IMG/VR virus record: IMGVR_UViG_3300031555_001876
Length of the DNA: 64,000 bases
Reading direction: 5' to 3' (one strand)
DNA from: a virus
The translations under genes and the position numbers were made by a program. Under the pieces are notes generated by a model. The model worked only from the letters and a program-made list of their open reading frames with translations. It was not told where the DNA came from and searched no databases. How positions within the stretch are numbered: position 1 is the first letter of the stretch; each line of letters opens with the position of its first letter. Positions 31,200 through 43,099 of this stretch are shown here, in pieces.

Positions 31200-31904
31200 A
31201 TGTTATCGATTGCTATTTACAGTGACAATTTAAATGACGCACGACTTCTTCAATCAAAAATTTAGGATTTTCTTGTAGAGAATAAAATTTTAGCAAAAAC
31301 TAAAGTATTTGATACAATGGAAAAATTTATTACAGTACCTGATACTTTCGATATTTATTTTATGGATATGGACTCAAAAGATGATGTATTAAGCATTGGA
31401 AGCCAAATGATAGATATTGACCAACAAAGTTATTTTGTATATTGGAGCAGTGATAAAGCATCTGCATATGATGTAACAAAAATTCGTGCAAATTACTTCT
31501 TATTAAAACCCATAGAACCTGGAGACTTGGAAGGTATTATGAATAGTATCAAGAAAAGAATTAAAAAAGATACTGTTATAATAAAAACTCCAGAAGGAGA
31601 TAGAAGAGTATACACCAATGATTTAAATTATGTTAATATTGTAAAAAGGTGTACGTGTTATCATTTAGTAGACGGTGCAGTATTTGATGGATAGACACTG
31701 CGCGGCGCATTTGAAAAAGAAATATATCCATTACAAGAACATCCTAAATTAGCATTTATTCCACCAAGTTTATTAGTTAATATGACAAATATTAAAATAT
31801 TAAACAAAGAAAGTGCAACTTTTGACAATGATGATGTTATATATTTGCCAAAGAAAGCATATGATATCATAAAAAACAAATGGTTTTTATATAACCAAAT
31901 ATAA
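31200..31904 (+). CDS. LytTR-family transcriptional regulator (receiver-like N-domain plus LytTR DNA-binding domain); 2 in-frame TAGs
   Basis: The C-terminal segment VYTNDLNYVNIVKRCTCYHLVDGAVFDG(TAG)TLRGAFEKEIYPL..FIPPSLLVNMTNIKIL fits the LytTR domain. It is preceded by promoter 31135-31164 and three direct repeats. Confidence 0.6.
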
Positions 31905-31955
31905 AAAAAATAAGGCTCGTATCAATTAAGATACGAGCCTTATTTTTTATTTTTT
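31904..31955. terminator. bidirectional terminator between the LytTR gene and the end of the late operon
   Basis: A8, then stem AAGGCTCGTATC / GATACGAGCCTT, then T-rich. Confidence 0.6.
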
Positions 31956-32336
31956 ATTAAGATTTACACTTGCTTCAATTTTTTTACTTATATAAGTATC
32001 TAAATCTCCAACTACTGTTGCTAAATATTCTTTAGCATCATCTGTTAGAATTAACATAACCGCGTCGGCTGACTTTTTAAAAGCCTCTTTTTGCGCTTCA
32101 ATAGTAAATTCGCCTTTACTTTTTAAACTTTCAACATAAGTTTGATTTGTAGCAATAACGCAATCAGTAATTGTCTTTTCTAATAATGTCATATACTTAT
32201 CATATTGAGCATTATTAGTTTTTTCTTTTACTTCTTTCATATGAGTATTTAACCATTTAATAAAATAAGTAGTTAAAACTCCTAACAGAGGTATAATACA
32301 TACTTCAAAAATTTGAGCAATTAATCCAATTTCCAT
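31947..32336 (-). CDS. small membrane protein, holin-like (last gene of the late operon)
   Basis: 129 aa with one N-terminal TM helix. A strong RBS AGGAGGAATAATAT is present. The gene ends at TAA just before a bidirectional terminator. The holin call is positional. Confidence 0.3.
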   Translation of the reverse strand: MEIGLIAQIFEVCIIPLLGVLTTYFIKWLNTHMKEVKEKTNNAQYDKYMTLLEKTITDCVIATNQTYVESLKSKGEFTIEAQKEAFKKSADAVMLILTDDAKEYLATVVGDLDTYISKKIEASVNLNKK

Positions 32337-32352
32337 ATATTATTCCTCCTTA

Positions 32353-35300
32353 TTAATAATAACTTTCAGTATCCCATACAGGGATTATTTTATTTAAATA
32401 ACTTGCAGTATAAGTAATTTCTTTAGCATATATATCATCTTCAACAATAGAGTCACTTAATACGGCTTCACCAGTTAATAACATTAATGACCAATTGTTA
32501 TTAACATATTGACCCCACCAGGTTTCTTCAGCAACTAGTTTAGTAGCATCTTCCTTATCGATGTGATATATATTCATAGTATATACTTCACCATTTTGGC
32601 TATTAGGTACTCCATTCGCAATATCATATTGAGAAATAATATCATTTAATTCATCTATCTTACTAATATAATAAACAGACGAATTATTTTCATCTTTCTC
32701 TAATGAGCCTACTTCAACATTGTCTTTACGAATAAATTGTAAAGTCTTTACACTTTGAGGGGTGCCAACAGGACCTAAAATAGAACCTTGCTTTATCCAT
32801 TTTCCATTTATATACATAAATACCCAGCCACGGCAAGGGTCATCTACTCGAGTTACAGTATGAATATAAATATCATTTTCACTTAAATCTCTATCTTCTA
32901 AAATATTAGGCTAATAAGAGTTTGTGTCTGCGTTCCAAGATAAATCTTTATCTTTAAGGTCTGAAGCAGTAAAAATATGAATTGCTTTTGGTAAATAGAA
33001 ACTAAATAATTGAACATCTTGATTTCTAATTGATTCCTCTATTTGAATCTCTTCTCTATTATTTATTTCTATTTTTTCACTTCTAAAGTAAGGAATATTT
33101 GGAATATGAAAAATAAATTTTTCTCGATATCCATTATCTTTTTCTCCTATTAATAAATTAGTTGATAATTCAACTTTTGAACGTGTATATTTCTAAATAT
33201 TATCTACTGAATCTTTATAAAGTTCAAAAGCAGATTTTTCTTGAATTTCAACTTCTGGAGAAGGTGCTGTTATAATTCCTATATATCTTACACTTAATAA
33301 ATTTTCTTTTTTACTCTTAAATTGATATAATCTACCTGAAGGCTTATTAATATACATATCTCCAGGTAATACGTCCTATTCTAATAAAGCAAAATGATAT
33401 CTTAAATTAGATAATAAATAAGTATATTTTTGAATATATTTTATTATATCATAAGAATAAATAAGATATTCTCTTTCAACACTTTCTTCTAATAAATTAT
33501 CTTCATTATGCAATTTAATATAAATCCATCTTAAATCAATAACTGAATCATAAGAATTATATAAATTTAATAAAGTAGATAAATTTGAATTCCACATATA
33601 ACCTTTATAATACTAATAACAATATTCATACTATTTATCAGTATTTAAAGTATTAAAATATTCTTTACTATAAAAATTATTTTTATTCCAACAATCATTT
33701 AAGAGATTTAAATCATTAATTGTATTAGGTCTATAATTAGAGATAAAATTTTCTAATGGTTCTTTCATTTGATATAATTCTGAATAAATTGCATCACAAT
33801 AGTCTTCTAATTTATCTTTATATTCATATTTTAAAGTATTTTTATTAAAACCATATAAGCCCCAAGGAATTTTATTTTCTAAATCATCTACTTCAGAAGT
33901 ATTACTTAAAATATTAAGCAAACTTTTATCTTTGTAATAATAATTTTTGATAGAAGGATAATTATCAATATTATTATTTATATAATCAGTAAATAATCTT
34001 ACACTAAATATTTTATCAGTATCATCTACTGTCATAATTTCAACAGAACCATTACCACCATCAAAATATAAAATAGTTCCTTTAACTTCGTTAATAGGAC
34101 ATAATTTTGCATATACTCTAATAAAATTATCTAATATTTCGACTCTAAAGAAATCTTCTTCATAAGGATTGCTCATTGTAAGAATTGCAGAGTGAGAAGT
34201 TGTTATTCCTTCTACTGGAATGTCAACATAGAACTAATAACTTTCAGTAGCATAATTAGGATTAACTTCCCAATTTCCAAGAGTATCAATACTATATTTT
34301 CCCGCTGGTTCTATCCCTTCGCCAATCTATACTGCAATCATTCCATCACGAGTATTAACTGTTTCATCTTGATTTAAATCAGCATACATTAATTCGACTT
34401 CATCTTCTATGCCAACTAAAGATTCTGTTATAATTCTTCCATCTTCAGAATCAATCTTTCCATCACCGTTAACATCACCACGCATACGACCGGCCGGAAT
34501 GGTAATTTCCTAATTCTCACTATTATTACTTATATCCGCCGCGCTTAATGCGCCGCGCAGTAAACTAGTTAAATCAACTATTTTATTAATATCTTCACTA
34601 CTACAACTATAAATAATATCATCAAAAGACCAAGGATGTTCTGCAGTATAACTAAATGGAAATTCATTTAAATCGCCTTGCCCAAATAAAGGACCAGAGA
34701 AATACTTTACTTCTCTTGGTAACTAAAAATCTAAAATAGGTTTAGTTAAAGTTGCTTCAACTAATTTACCATCAATTTCTCTAACTTCACCACTTACTAA
34801 CAAATCAACATCTGGGTCTCTAGTAGGCCCTAGAACTGTATTATAAATATTTTCAATTCTCTATGCTCTTTGCTAATAAAATTTAATCTGTGGTTTATCA
34901 GGGTTAGTTAAATCATAGGTCACATAAGGATCTCCATCTTCAATATCAATAGTCTAATGGAAAACTTGAATTCTTGGAGTTTGACCTGTAACACAAGCAA
35001 TTAAACGATAACCAAAGCCAAAATTCTCTTCAGAATAAATATCAGAAGTTTCTTTTAAACTTTCACCAGGTATCTATCTAAATCTAATAATAGTACCATC
35101 AGGATTAATCCAGTTACCATCTTTATCACAAGGAACATTTTGATTTAAACTTGGAGAATAAATAGAGTATGTTCCATCTCCATTAGGATTTACTTCTCCA
35201 ACATCTTCAAAATTAATAAAAACATAAACATTTTCTTCCGAATTGGGAAAGTCAGGAGATACTTCTTTACTATCTTCTACATAAATCTTCTACCAAATAG

Positions 35301-35568
35301 AGTTAGTATAAGATTTACCACAATTCATTAAGTCAATATTTAAATTCTATTCATAAGTAGAAGGCTCAACAATTGTTTCACCATTTTCATTTTTATATAT
35401 TTTATTTAATTCAGCAATATCGCCATAACTAATAAAAACATAATCGCCAACATTAATAGGAGAATACCAACGAGCCTATAAGTCTTTTAATAAATCTTCA
35501 GAGCGATTCGAGAAGATTTGAGAAATTCTAAAATCTTGACCTTTCTATCCACCATAAAAACTATACAT
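32353..35568 (-). CDS. large tail fiber/receptor-binding-like protein (1071 aa) with an internal dockerin-like double Ca-binding repeat; ~17 in-frame TAGs
   Basis: The minus frame is continuous from ATG 35568 (RBS GAGGGGGGAAG) to TAA 32353 with TAG as sense. It joins track ORFs 32353..32817, 33376..33597 and 33631..34176. Motifs GDVNGDGKIDSEDGRII..ADLNQDETVNTRDGMI are encoded around plus 34330-34500. Confidence 0.5.
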
Positions 35569-36272
35569 TAGATACTTCCCCCCTCAAATGTTGTAAACAT
35601 AAAATCTATAATAACATTTTTCAAATCCTGTAAATAATCATTTTCAACATAAACACCCGCTAAACCTTTTATATATCTTGCTCTTGCGGCATTATACTCT
35701 GTTAAATATTTGTTATGGATTACTTCATATTGTTCCCAAAATTTTTCATTTGTTATTGTAGAATTTGGTGCCTCTTGTTCTAATTTTAACTATCTATAAG
35801 CCTTATCAAAATCAGTTTTTGCTTTTTCCATTTGACGAACTCCATCACTAACATAGTTATTAGTTTGATAAACATCAATAGTATACATTTTAGGACGTGC
35901 AAAAACCAATCTTTCCACTTTTATATCATCATCCAATTCATAAATACCAGTACGACCAACAATAATCTCTTGCCCAGAATATTTAACAACTTTACCCTCT
36001 TCATCAACATCAATCTATCCATCTATATAAAATTTTGTTCCAGGAGGGGCTTGAATACCTAATTTATAAATACTCTAACTAAAATTTTTAAATACATTTT
36101 CAGTATAAATATTAATTTTTTTTTCTTCATAATCTTTAGATAAAGATGAAATTATATAGTTATTATTATTAGGATTTGAGGCTTCATTAGAGGGTTTAAT
36201 GTCTTTAGTACTGGAAATTAATCCACCGGTTCCGCCATAATCTTCTAAATTATATATAATTTGGCCTATCAT
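35568..36272 (-). CDS. hypothetical virion protein (234 aa); 3 in-frame TAGs
   Basis: RBS GGAGGT precedes ATG 36272. The TAA stop 35568-70 overlaps the next ATG (TAATG). Confidence 0.4.
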
Positions 36273-36288
36273 ATATATATTAACCTCC

Positions 36289-39200
36289 TTATACTCTTAC
36301 CATTGCTTGATTAGTAGTAATAGACATATTACCATTATATCCCAATGGTAATGTATATTGAGTAATAATGTAATCTCCATATATATTACTCTTACTATCA
36401 CTAACATAAATAATATTATTTGGTTCTAAATAATATTTTGGTACACAATTTATATTAACAGAAATATTATAATATAAATTACTATATAACATTTCTCGAA
36501 TTAAATCAAAAGCCGTAGTTCCAGTAGAACTTGAAGCAAAGTATTTCATTTGAGAAGGCTTAATAGCACAATACTATTGTCCTAAAATTTGATACTCTTC
36601 TATCTACTGTAAAACTTCAGCAGTACCTGTATTTTCAATAAAGACAATATCAGGTACTTCTAATTTATACAACATTTTAATATTTTCTTTAGTAATCGCT
36701 TTAGTGCGGCGACCTATCTAATTTACTGAATAAGTATTTATTAACTAAATACTATCAATAAAATCTAACCAAAATGTTAATAAACCTGGGTCCCTATATA
36801 TCGCAGGATTCCAACCTTCCCAATTATCATCGATATAATCTACCCATTCTTTTTTCCATTCTTCATTTAAAGTATCAAAATTCTAACGCCAAAACGCTAA
36901 CAGTTCTTCATCATAATAGCCCGTTTCACCTGCACTCGATTGATTCAATAAGGCTTGACGATATAATTCTTCTCGCCACTCTTCGCAAGGATTACCAATT
37001 AAATCATAATAAAAATTATTTTCATAATCAAAATCATTTTTTAATTCAGGGCTATAAGTAATAACTTCTTGTAAATAGTTCGCGGCCGGCGCACTTGATA
37101 AATCAACTTTATAATTATAATAATAATCAGCCACTTCTAATAGTAACTAATTTACAAAATCATCTAATCCTGCAACTAAATAATAATCATAAATTAATTT
37201 ACCATCTTCGACACTAACAATAGAAAACTATGTTTTTTCTTCCTCTTCTTTTTCTTCTTCTTTTGGTTGTTCATCATCGTACTTATTATCAGTATCCCGG
37301 TCTGGATCTATAGTTTCAGTCCAAGGCAATAAATTATTATAATCTTCATTATTGGCTAAATCAACTATAACTCCTATATCATTAACTAAAGCAGTAGAAT
37401 TTTGAGAATAATAAGATGTTAAATTTTTTATCATTTTTTCTCTATTTTCTTTAGAGAACAATATTTTTCCTTCTGAATCAGTAACATCTTCAAAATTATA
37501 AATAAATTTAATATCAATCTTATCTCCGTTGCCTTGACGAATATCTTGAGGATTTGCGTCATTCATATATAAACCTGATGAATTATTTATTTTTGTAATT
37601 ACTGATAAATTATTATATTCATCTACAAAATCATTAGATACAAAAATTCTGATATTATGAGTTGTTTTAAAAAGTGAAGAAATACTTTCTAAATCTTCAA
37701 TACTCATTTTAGAATCTTTTAAAGTATAGACACTTATCCATTCTTCTTTTTCATCATAATATCCTAACTCTTTTTCTTTTAATTGTAATAAAATATAATA
37801 TTTTTCAATTACTTCTTCCTCTTCTTCCTCTGCTAAAGTTTCTATACTAGAATCAACCTCTTCAGTCCAATCAAGAATATTATCTCCTTCAGAATCAGTA
37901 TCTTCTTTTGGAGCATTATATATTCCTATTAAAAAAGATTGCTTTGATATAGTATCTGTATACATATCTAAATACTCGATATATTCAATAGCCTATTCTT
38001 TTATTGAAGCCTTATAATATCTAATCTCATTGCCCCAATAGACTCTTAAATATAGAATAAAAGAACTTTCATATGAAGAATAATTTACATAATTTTTTAT
38101 TAAATAATCTGTGATATTGTCTATTATCTATTCTTCTTTTGTATTTGTTGAATCAAAATATAACTCAATAGGTTCTGGTTTAGGCACATTTATATAATCT
38201 TTATAAGTTGGCTCAAATAAATAATATAAATGTTCTTTTTTACCATTTTTATAATTTAATACTTCCCACATATATTGATTAGCCAAATCAATATAAGGTT
38301 TTTCATCTATTGCAACGTGATACTTTAAATTTTTTGTAACACCATTTGCATCTGTGCGACTTCCCCAAACAACAAAATCATTTTTAATATTATCATATCG
38401 AGGACTATTGTAATAAGATAAACTATCTTTAGCATTGTCTAATGTTTTATAATATTTAGTATCAGAAAAGGCTTTAATATAAAAATTATCATTTAATTCC
38501 ATAACAGGAGTATAATAACTATTTAAATAATTTTTCTTTTCTTGAAAAACAAAATGCCCATCTAAATCATAAAAATATTCATAATTTCCAATAGTCTAAA
38601 TGATTTTATCTAAAACTGCGGTGACTGGCTCACCTGCAGAAAATACTAACTCTCCTGGATAAGTAAAATCAGTTTCCATATAACCAATATCTTGTCCATA
38701 GATAAATTTATGCGCTAAAAAATTTTCATTATCTGGTGCTTTTTCACTAATCATAAAACTGCTATAATCATCAGTAAACCAAATAGGATAAGTACCCATA
38801 TATTTCATACTTTGTTTAGCAACTAATTCTACATCATTAATGATAATATTTTGTTCAATCTCTTTACCATAATGACGTACTAATTCTTTTATAATAGTAA
38901 AAATTGGAATTTTTTCAATTTTTATATCGCCAAATTCATCTTCTATTTGCGCTTCGTGGAAAGTTACTGTAGCGGGTAAGGTGCCGCCGCAAGTACCATC
39001 AAGCATACACATTTTATCTTTGCCTTTTATGCTAATAGTAGCAGAAGTTGCAGTTGTTGAACTTGTTGCCTCTGTAATAACATATACTCCAATAGGAAAC
39101 CAAATTATATCTCCGTAGTAAGCATATGTCTTAAAAGGATTTTTTATACCAATTTCAACTTTAATTTTTTTATTAGCAGAAATGATATTATCAATATTAC

Positions 39201-39423
39201 TAATATCATTTTCATTTTCAGGAGCAACTAAAGTGAGTGCAAGAGTGCGGCGGACCGCAGATGCACCATTTACAGTTACAGTGCCTGCGGTCGCTATTCC
39301 TTGTATCTATCTAATAGGTTCTTCTTTAAAATTTAAAACCTATAATCTAATAAAATGTTCTTTAATGCGCATTTCGTCTAATGTTCTTAAAAATTCTATA
39401 TCATTTAAATATTCTCTTGACAT
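36289..39423 (-). CDS. large tail/baseplate structural protein (1044 aa); ~14 in-frame TAGs
   Basis: The frame is continuous from ATG 39423 (RBS GGAGGT) to TAA 36289. It joins track ORFs 36289..36549, 36883..37134, 37228..37965, 38128..38502 and 38596..39012. An acidic repeat region EEEEEEV..EEEKEEEEKT is present. Confidence 0.45.
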
Positions 39424-39438
39424 TGAATTTTACCTCCA

Positions 39439-42400
39439 TTAACCTTGCCATATTCCTTTAATTTCCAAGGATGCAATGGCTCTATAATTTACTATACCGT
39501 AAGATGGCTTAGCAAAACGCAACTAATCAATATTTCTATTAATTGTTTTTAATACAAATTTATTAGTTGGTCCAATTCGAGTTCTTGTACAATCTCCGGT
39601 CATTATAACTTCACCATCAACATATTTATCACGCGCATTAAAAATAACTTCAACATTTTCATCTGCTTCAATTTCAATGGCTTCTAAACCATCAAAATGA
39701 TAAATAACATAATGTCCTTCATTATCCATCCATACATCAGTTGAACTATCTTGTTCTATTGTAGATAATGGATAATAGGTCTTTAAAATTTTATTAGCCT
39801 CTTCAACCTATTCTTCATAAGACATTAATAATAAATTTTCTTCTTTTAAGAAATTATCAATTGTTTCCTCTAATTTATTACGAGTCATTTTCAATGTTAT
39901 GCCATACATATCAAAAATTCTCTAACGAGTTTTTTCTTTTATAATATCCATAATATCTAATGACTAATATAAACGATAATTATATTTTTCAGAAACAGTT
40001 AAAATTTCAGGATTTCTTTCTACTTCGTGGTTATCTAAAATTTTCTAATTAGTAGTAAATAATCCACCAACCTAACCCCAATTAGCCAATTCCTATTTTT
40101 CAATAGTAACTTTTGGTAAGAAATCAACTTCCTCTATTTCTGCTACATAATTAATTAATACAGGACGAGTATATTTTAAATATAAACTATCAATATCAAC
40201 ATTATCTAACTAATAAACTCTTCCTGGGAACATAGTAATTTCTTTGCCATTTAATATCATAGTTATAATATTTGATTGACTTAACTCATACTATTTTAAC
40301 ATTAGTTCATATTTAGCAATCTATAACTATTTCTTTAGTTTATTAATTTTAGTATCATAAGTAATAGATTTTAAATTTTGTATTTCCTATTCAATATTAT
40401 ATTTAGGATATAACTCAACCCAAATCTATGATACTTTATTTAATTGATATTTCTTTTCATCACTTATTTCAATCTCTTCCTATTGGCGTATCCATTCAAT
40501 AATATTATCCTATTCAGAGTCCCAATAGGGATTTAATTTTTGAGAAAAATGTAAATCTTTTGATTTTAAATAAATAAAATTAACTATTTCAGAAGGTAAT
40601 TTTTCATAAGTGATATATTCATTTTTTACCTTATCAAAAAATCTCCAAGGCGCAAGCCCTTTATCCAACATTTCCATATATAAATCTTCTGGAATAGACA
40701 TAGAATTTATATATTTACCATCGAATGCGCCGCGCACCTATCCGGGCACTATACGATATGCAGACTCAAATTGACCTATTTCATTAACTACATTATGAGA
40801 AATTGCGTCTAATGGATTAATATTATACAATTTCATATTAGCAACAGTATTTTCTGCCACTTCATAAACAGTTGAATTAAAATCAGCAATTAGACGTCCT
40901 AACTATTGATTAGGTACCAATGATACATTAACAAAAGTAACTATCATATTGCCTTCAGTAGGAGATTTATATAGTTTATATCCACCATCATTTAAGAATG
41001 CTTCAACATATTCTCGATAAATACGTTCCATAAAAACATTATTATTTGTATGGTTAAAATCAAAAATAGAATTATCATATCCACTAGAAGATATTTGAAT
41101 AATATCTTCAAGTCTTAAATGTCTATCGTAAGATAAACAAAACTTTTCTGCGGGAATTACTATATTATTACCATAAATATATCCGCCCAAATAAACCTAT
41201 TCCTTTGATTCAGGGTCAAAATCATATCCGACTGATTTTCTAAAGAAAGTATTTTCATCACTATGTAAAGTAATTTTTGCTCCTAATGAAAATTCTCCAT
41301 AATTTGCTAACCCATTTCTCAAGATAATAGGATATTTAGAATTTAAACTATCTTGCTTTTGGAATAAACGAGTATGTTTAAATTGCTATATTTTTACATC
41401 TAAATCTAATTTTACTTGTACACCATTGCAATAAACATAACAATGCTAGAAATTAGATTGATGCGCTGGAGATAAACCTAAATCACTTAATTCATATTTG
41501 GGCGCCGAGCGCAATCCAGACACACCTTGTCTTTGAATAGCATATTTATATTTAACGCCACTTTCAACAGTATAATCTTCATATAATAAAGTCAACTTTT
41601 CATTATAAGCATCTTCATTAAACCATTCAAAGCGCGCAATATCTTCCCAAATTGTATAATTTGTTTTTTCGCTTGCACGGCTAATAAAATATACGCCATC
41701 GAGATTTTGCAAAACTGTAGTCAATTCCCAATCATAATATCCTGTTAAATCATCAAATTTTTGATATTCTCTTTGAGTAGGATTATTTTTAATATATAAA
41801 CGAAGACATCCATTATCGTCAACAAAAGTATCATTATCTAATGATTTTGCCCAATTTTGGCGTTCTTCTAAAGATAAAATTATATATTTTTCTTTTTCTT
41901 TATATACAATATCAGTATCTTTAACTTTTAATCCAGTTTCTTCTTCAAAGACTTCTTTACTTTCAAAATCTCCATCATCTCCAAAACTGATAAAAGTAGC
42001 ATCTATGGATAATCCAGCCAATCTCTAATAAGTTCTAAACACCGACCTAGTAGGAGCATAAAACTTATCAGCGTAGAAACCAGAATTAGTATTATCTTTT
42101 ACAATAAAACTTAAATATTCTAAACTTTTTAAATAAACCTCTGTAATAGTAAAAATATAAGGTTTAGAAGAACACTGATAACCATTTTTAGTTATTATAT
42201 CAAAAACTAAAGTATAATATTCATCACCCATATACTATAAAGGCTAATTGAATACTTGTTTAACTAAAGCAGTATAAGTTTCATTACCGCTTCCATTAAA
42301 CTACATCCATTCAGTAGATAAATAACTATTATATTCTTCACCGACTTCTTTTCCTTCATATAATCTAAAACGATATTTATCTAAAGGTTCTTCGGCTACA

Positions 42401-42987
42401 TTGGAATAGCCACCCTAAAATTCAGGAAAACGAGTTGATTCAACATTTTCGCTATGATTTAATATTATACTTGAAGATGCGATATTTGTTGATAAATTAT
42501 TTAAAATATCAACTCGAGGCTCTGATATGGATTTAGTGATTATAACATTAGACCATTCAGAATATCCACTTACTGAAGTTTGGGACTTTTTCCATTTAAA
42601 GAAGGATACTCTATCTGTATAATCAAGTTCATTATATCCAAAACGAATTTGAATCTTATAGAACATATTATCAGCCCAACCTACTTTATCGGCTATTTTA
42701 ATATCACTTCTATTAACTGTTAAAGAATAAACACCATAATTATCGACCGTTATATTGCTGTTAGTATTAGCAATGTAAATAATTCCATCATAATATCTAT
42801 CTGTATCAACTACTGACTTATTATTACTTTGCTGTACAATGCGCACTGCCATATGTTTAACATTATCAAAATTAACCGTTAAAGGCAATGTAAAAGAAAT
42901 TCTTAACCCTGCCGCCATTGATAAAAACGCAGGAATAGAACTTTCTACTATTGGGGGATAAATCGTATTTATATTTACAGTAGCCAT
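39439..42987 (-). CDS. large tail structural protein (1182 aa, tail-associated/Tal-like position); ~25 in-frame TAGs
   Basis: The frame is continuous from ATG 42987 (RBS AAGGAGG) to TAA 39439. It joins nine track ORF fragments between 39523 and 42987. Confidence 0.45.
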
Positions 42988-43099
42988 ATTTTACCTCCTT
43001 TATCTCATATTATCTATTTAAATTTAAAAAATAACTTTCTATAATGTGCGATATTTGCCCAAAAAGAAAAAGGATAAGGGTATATTTATACCCTTATCC

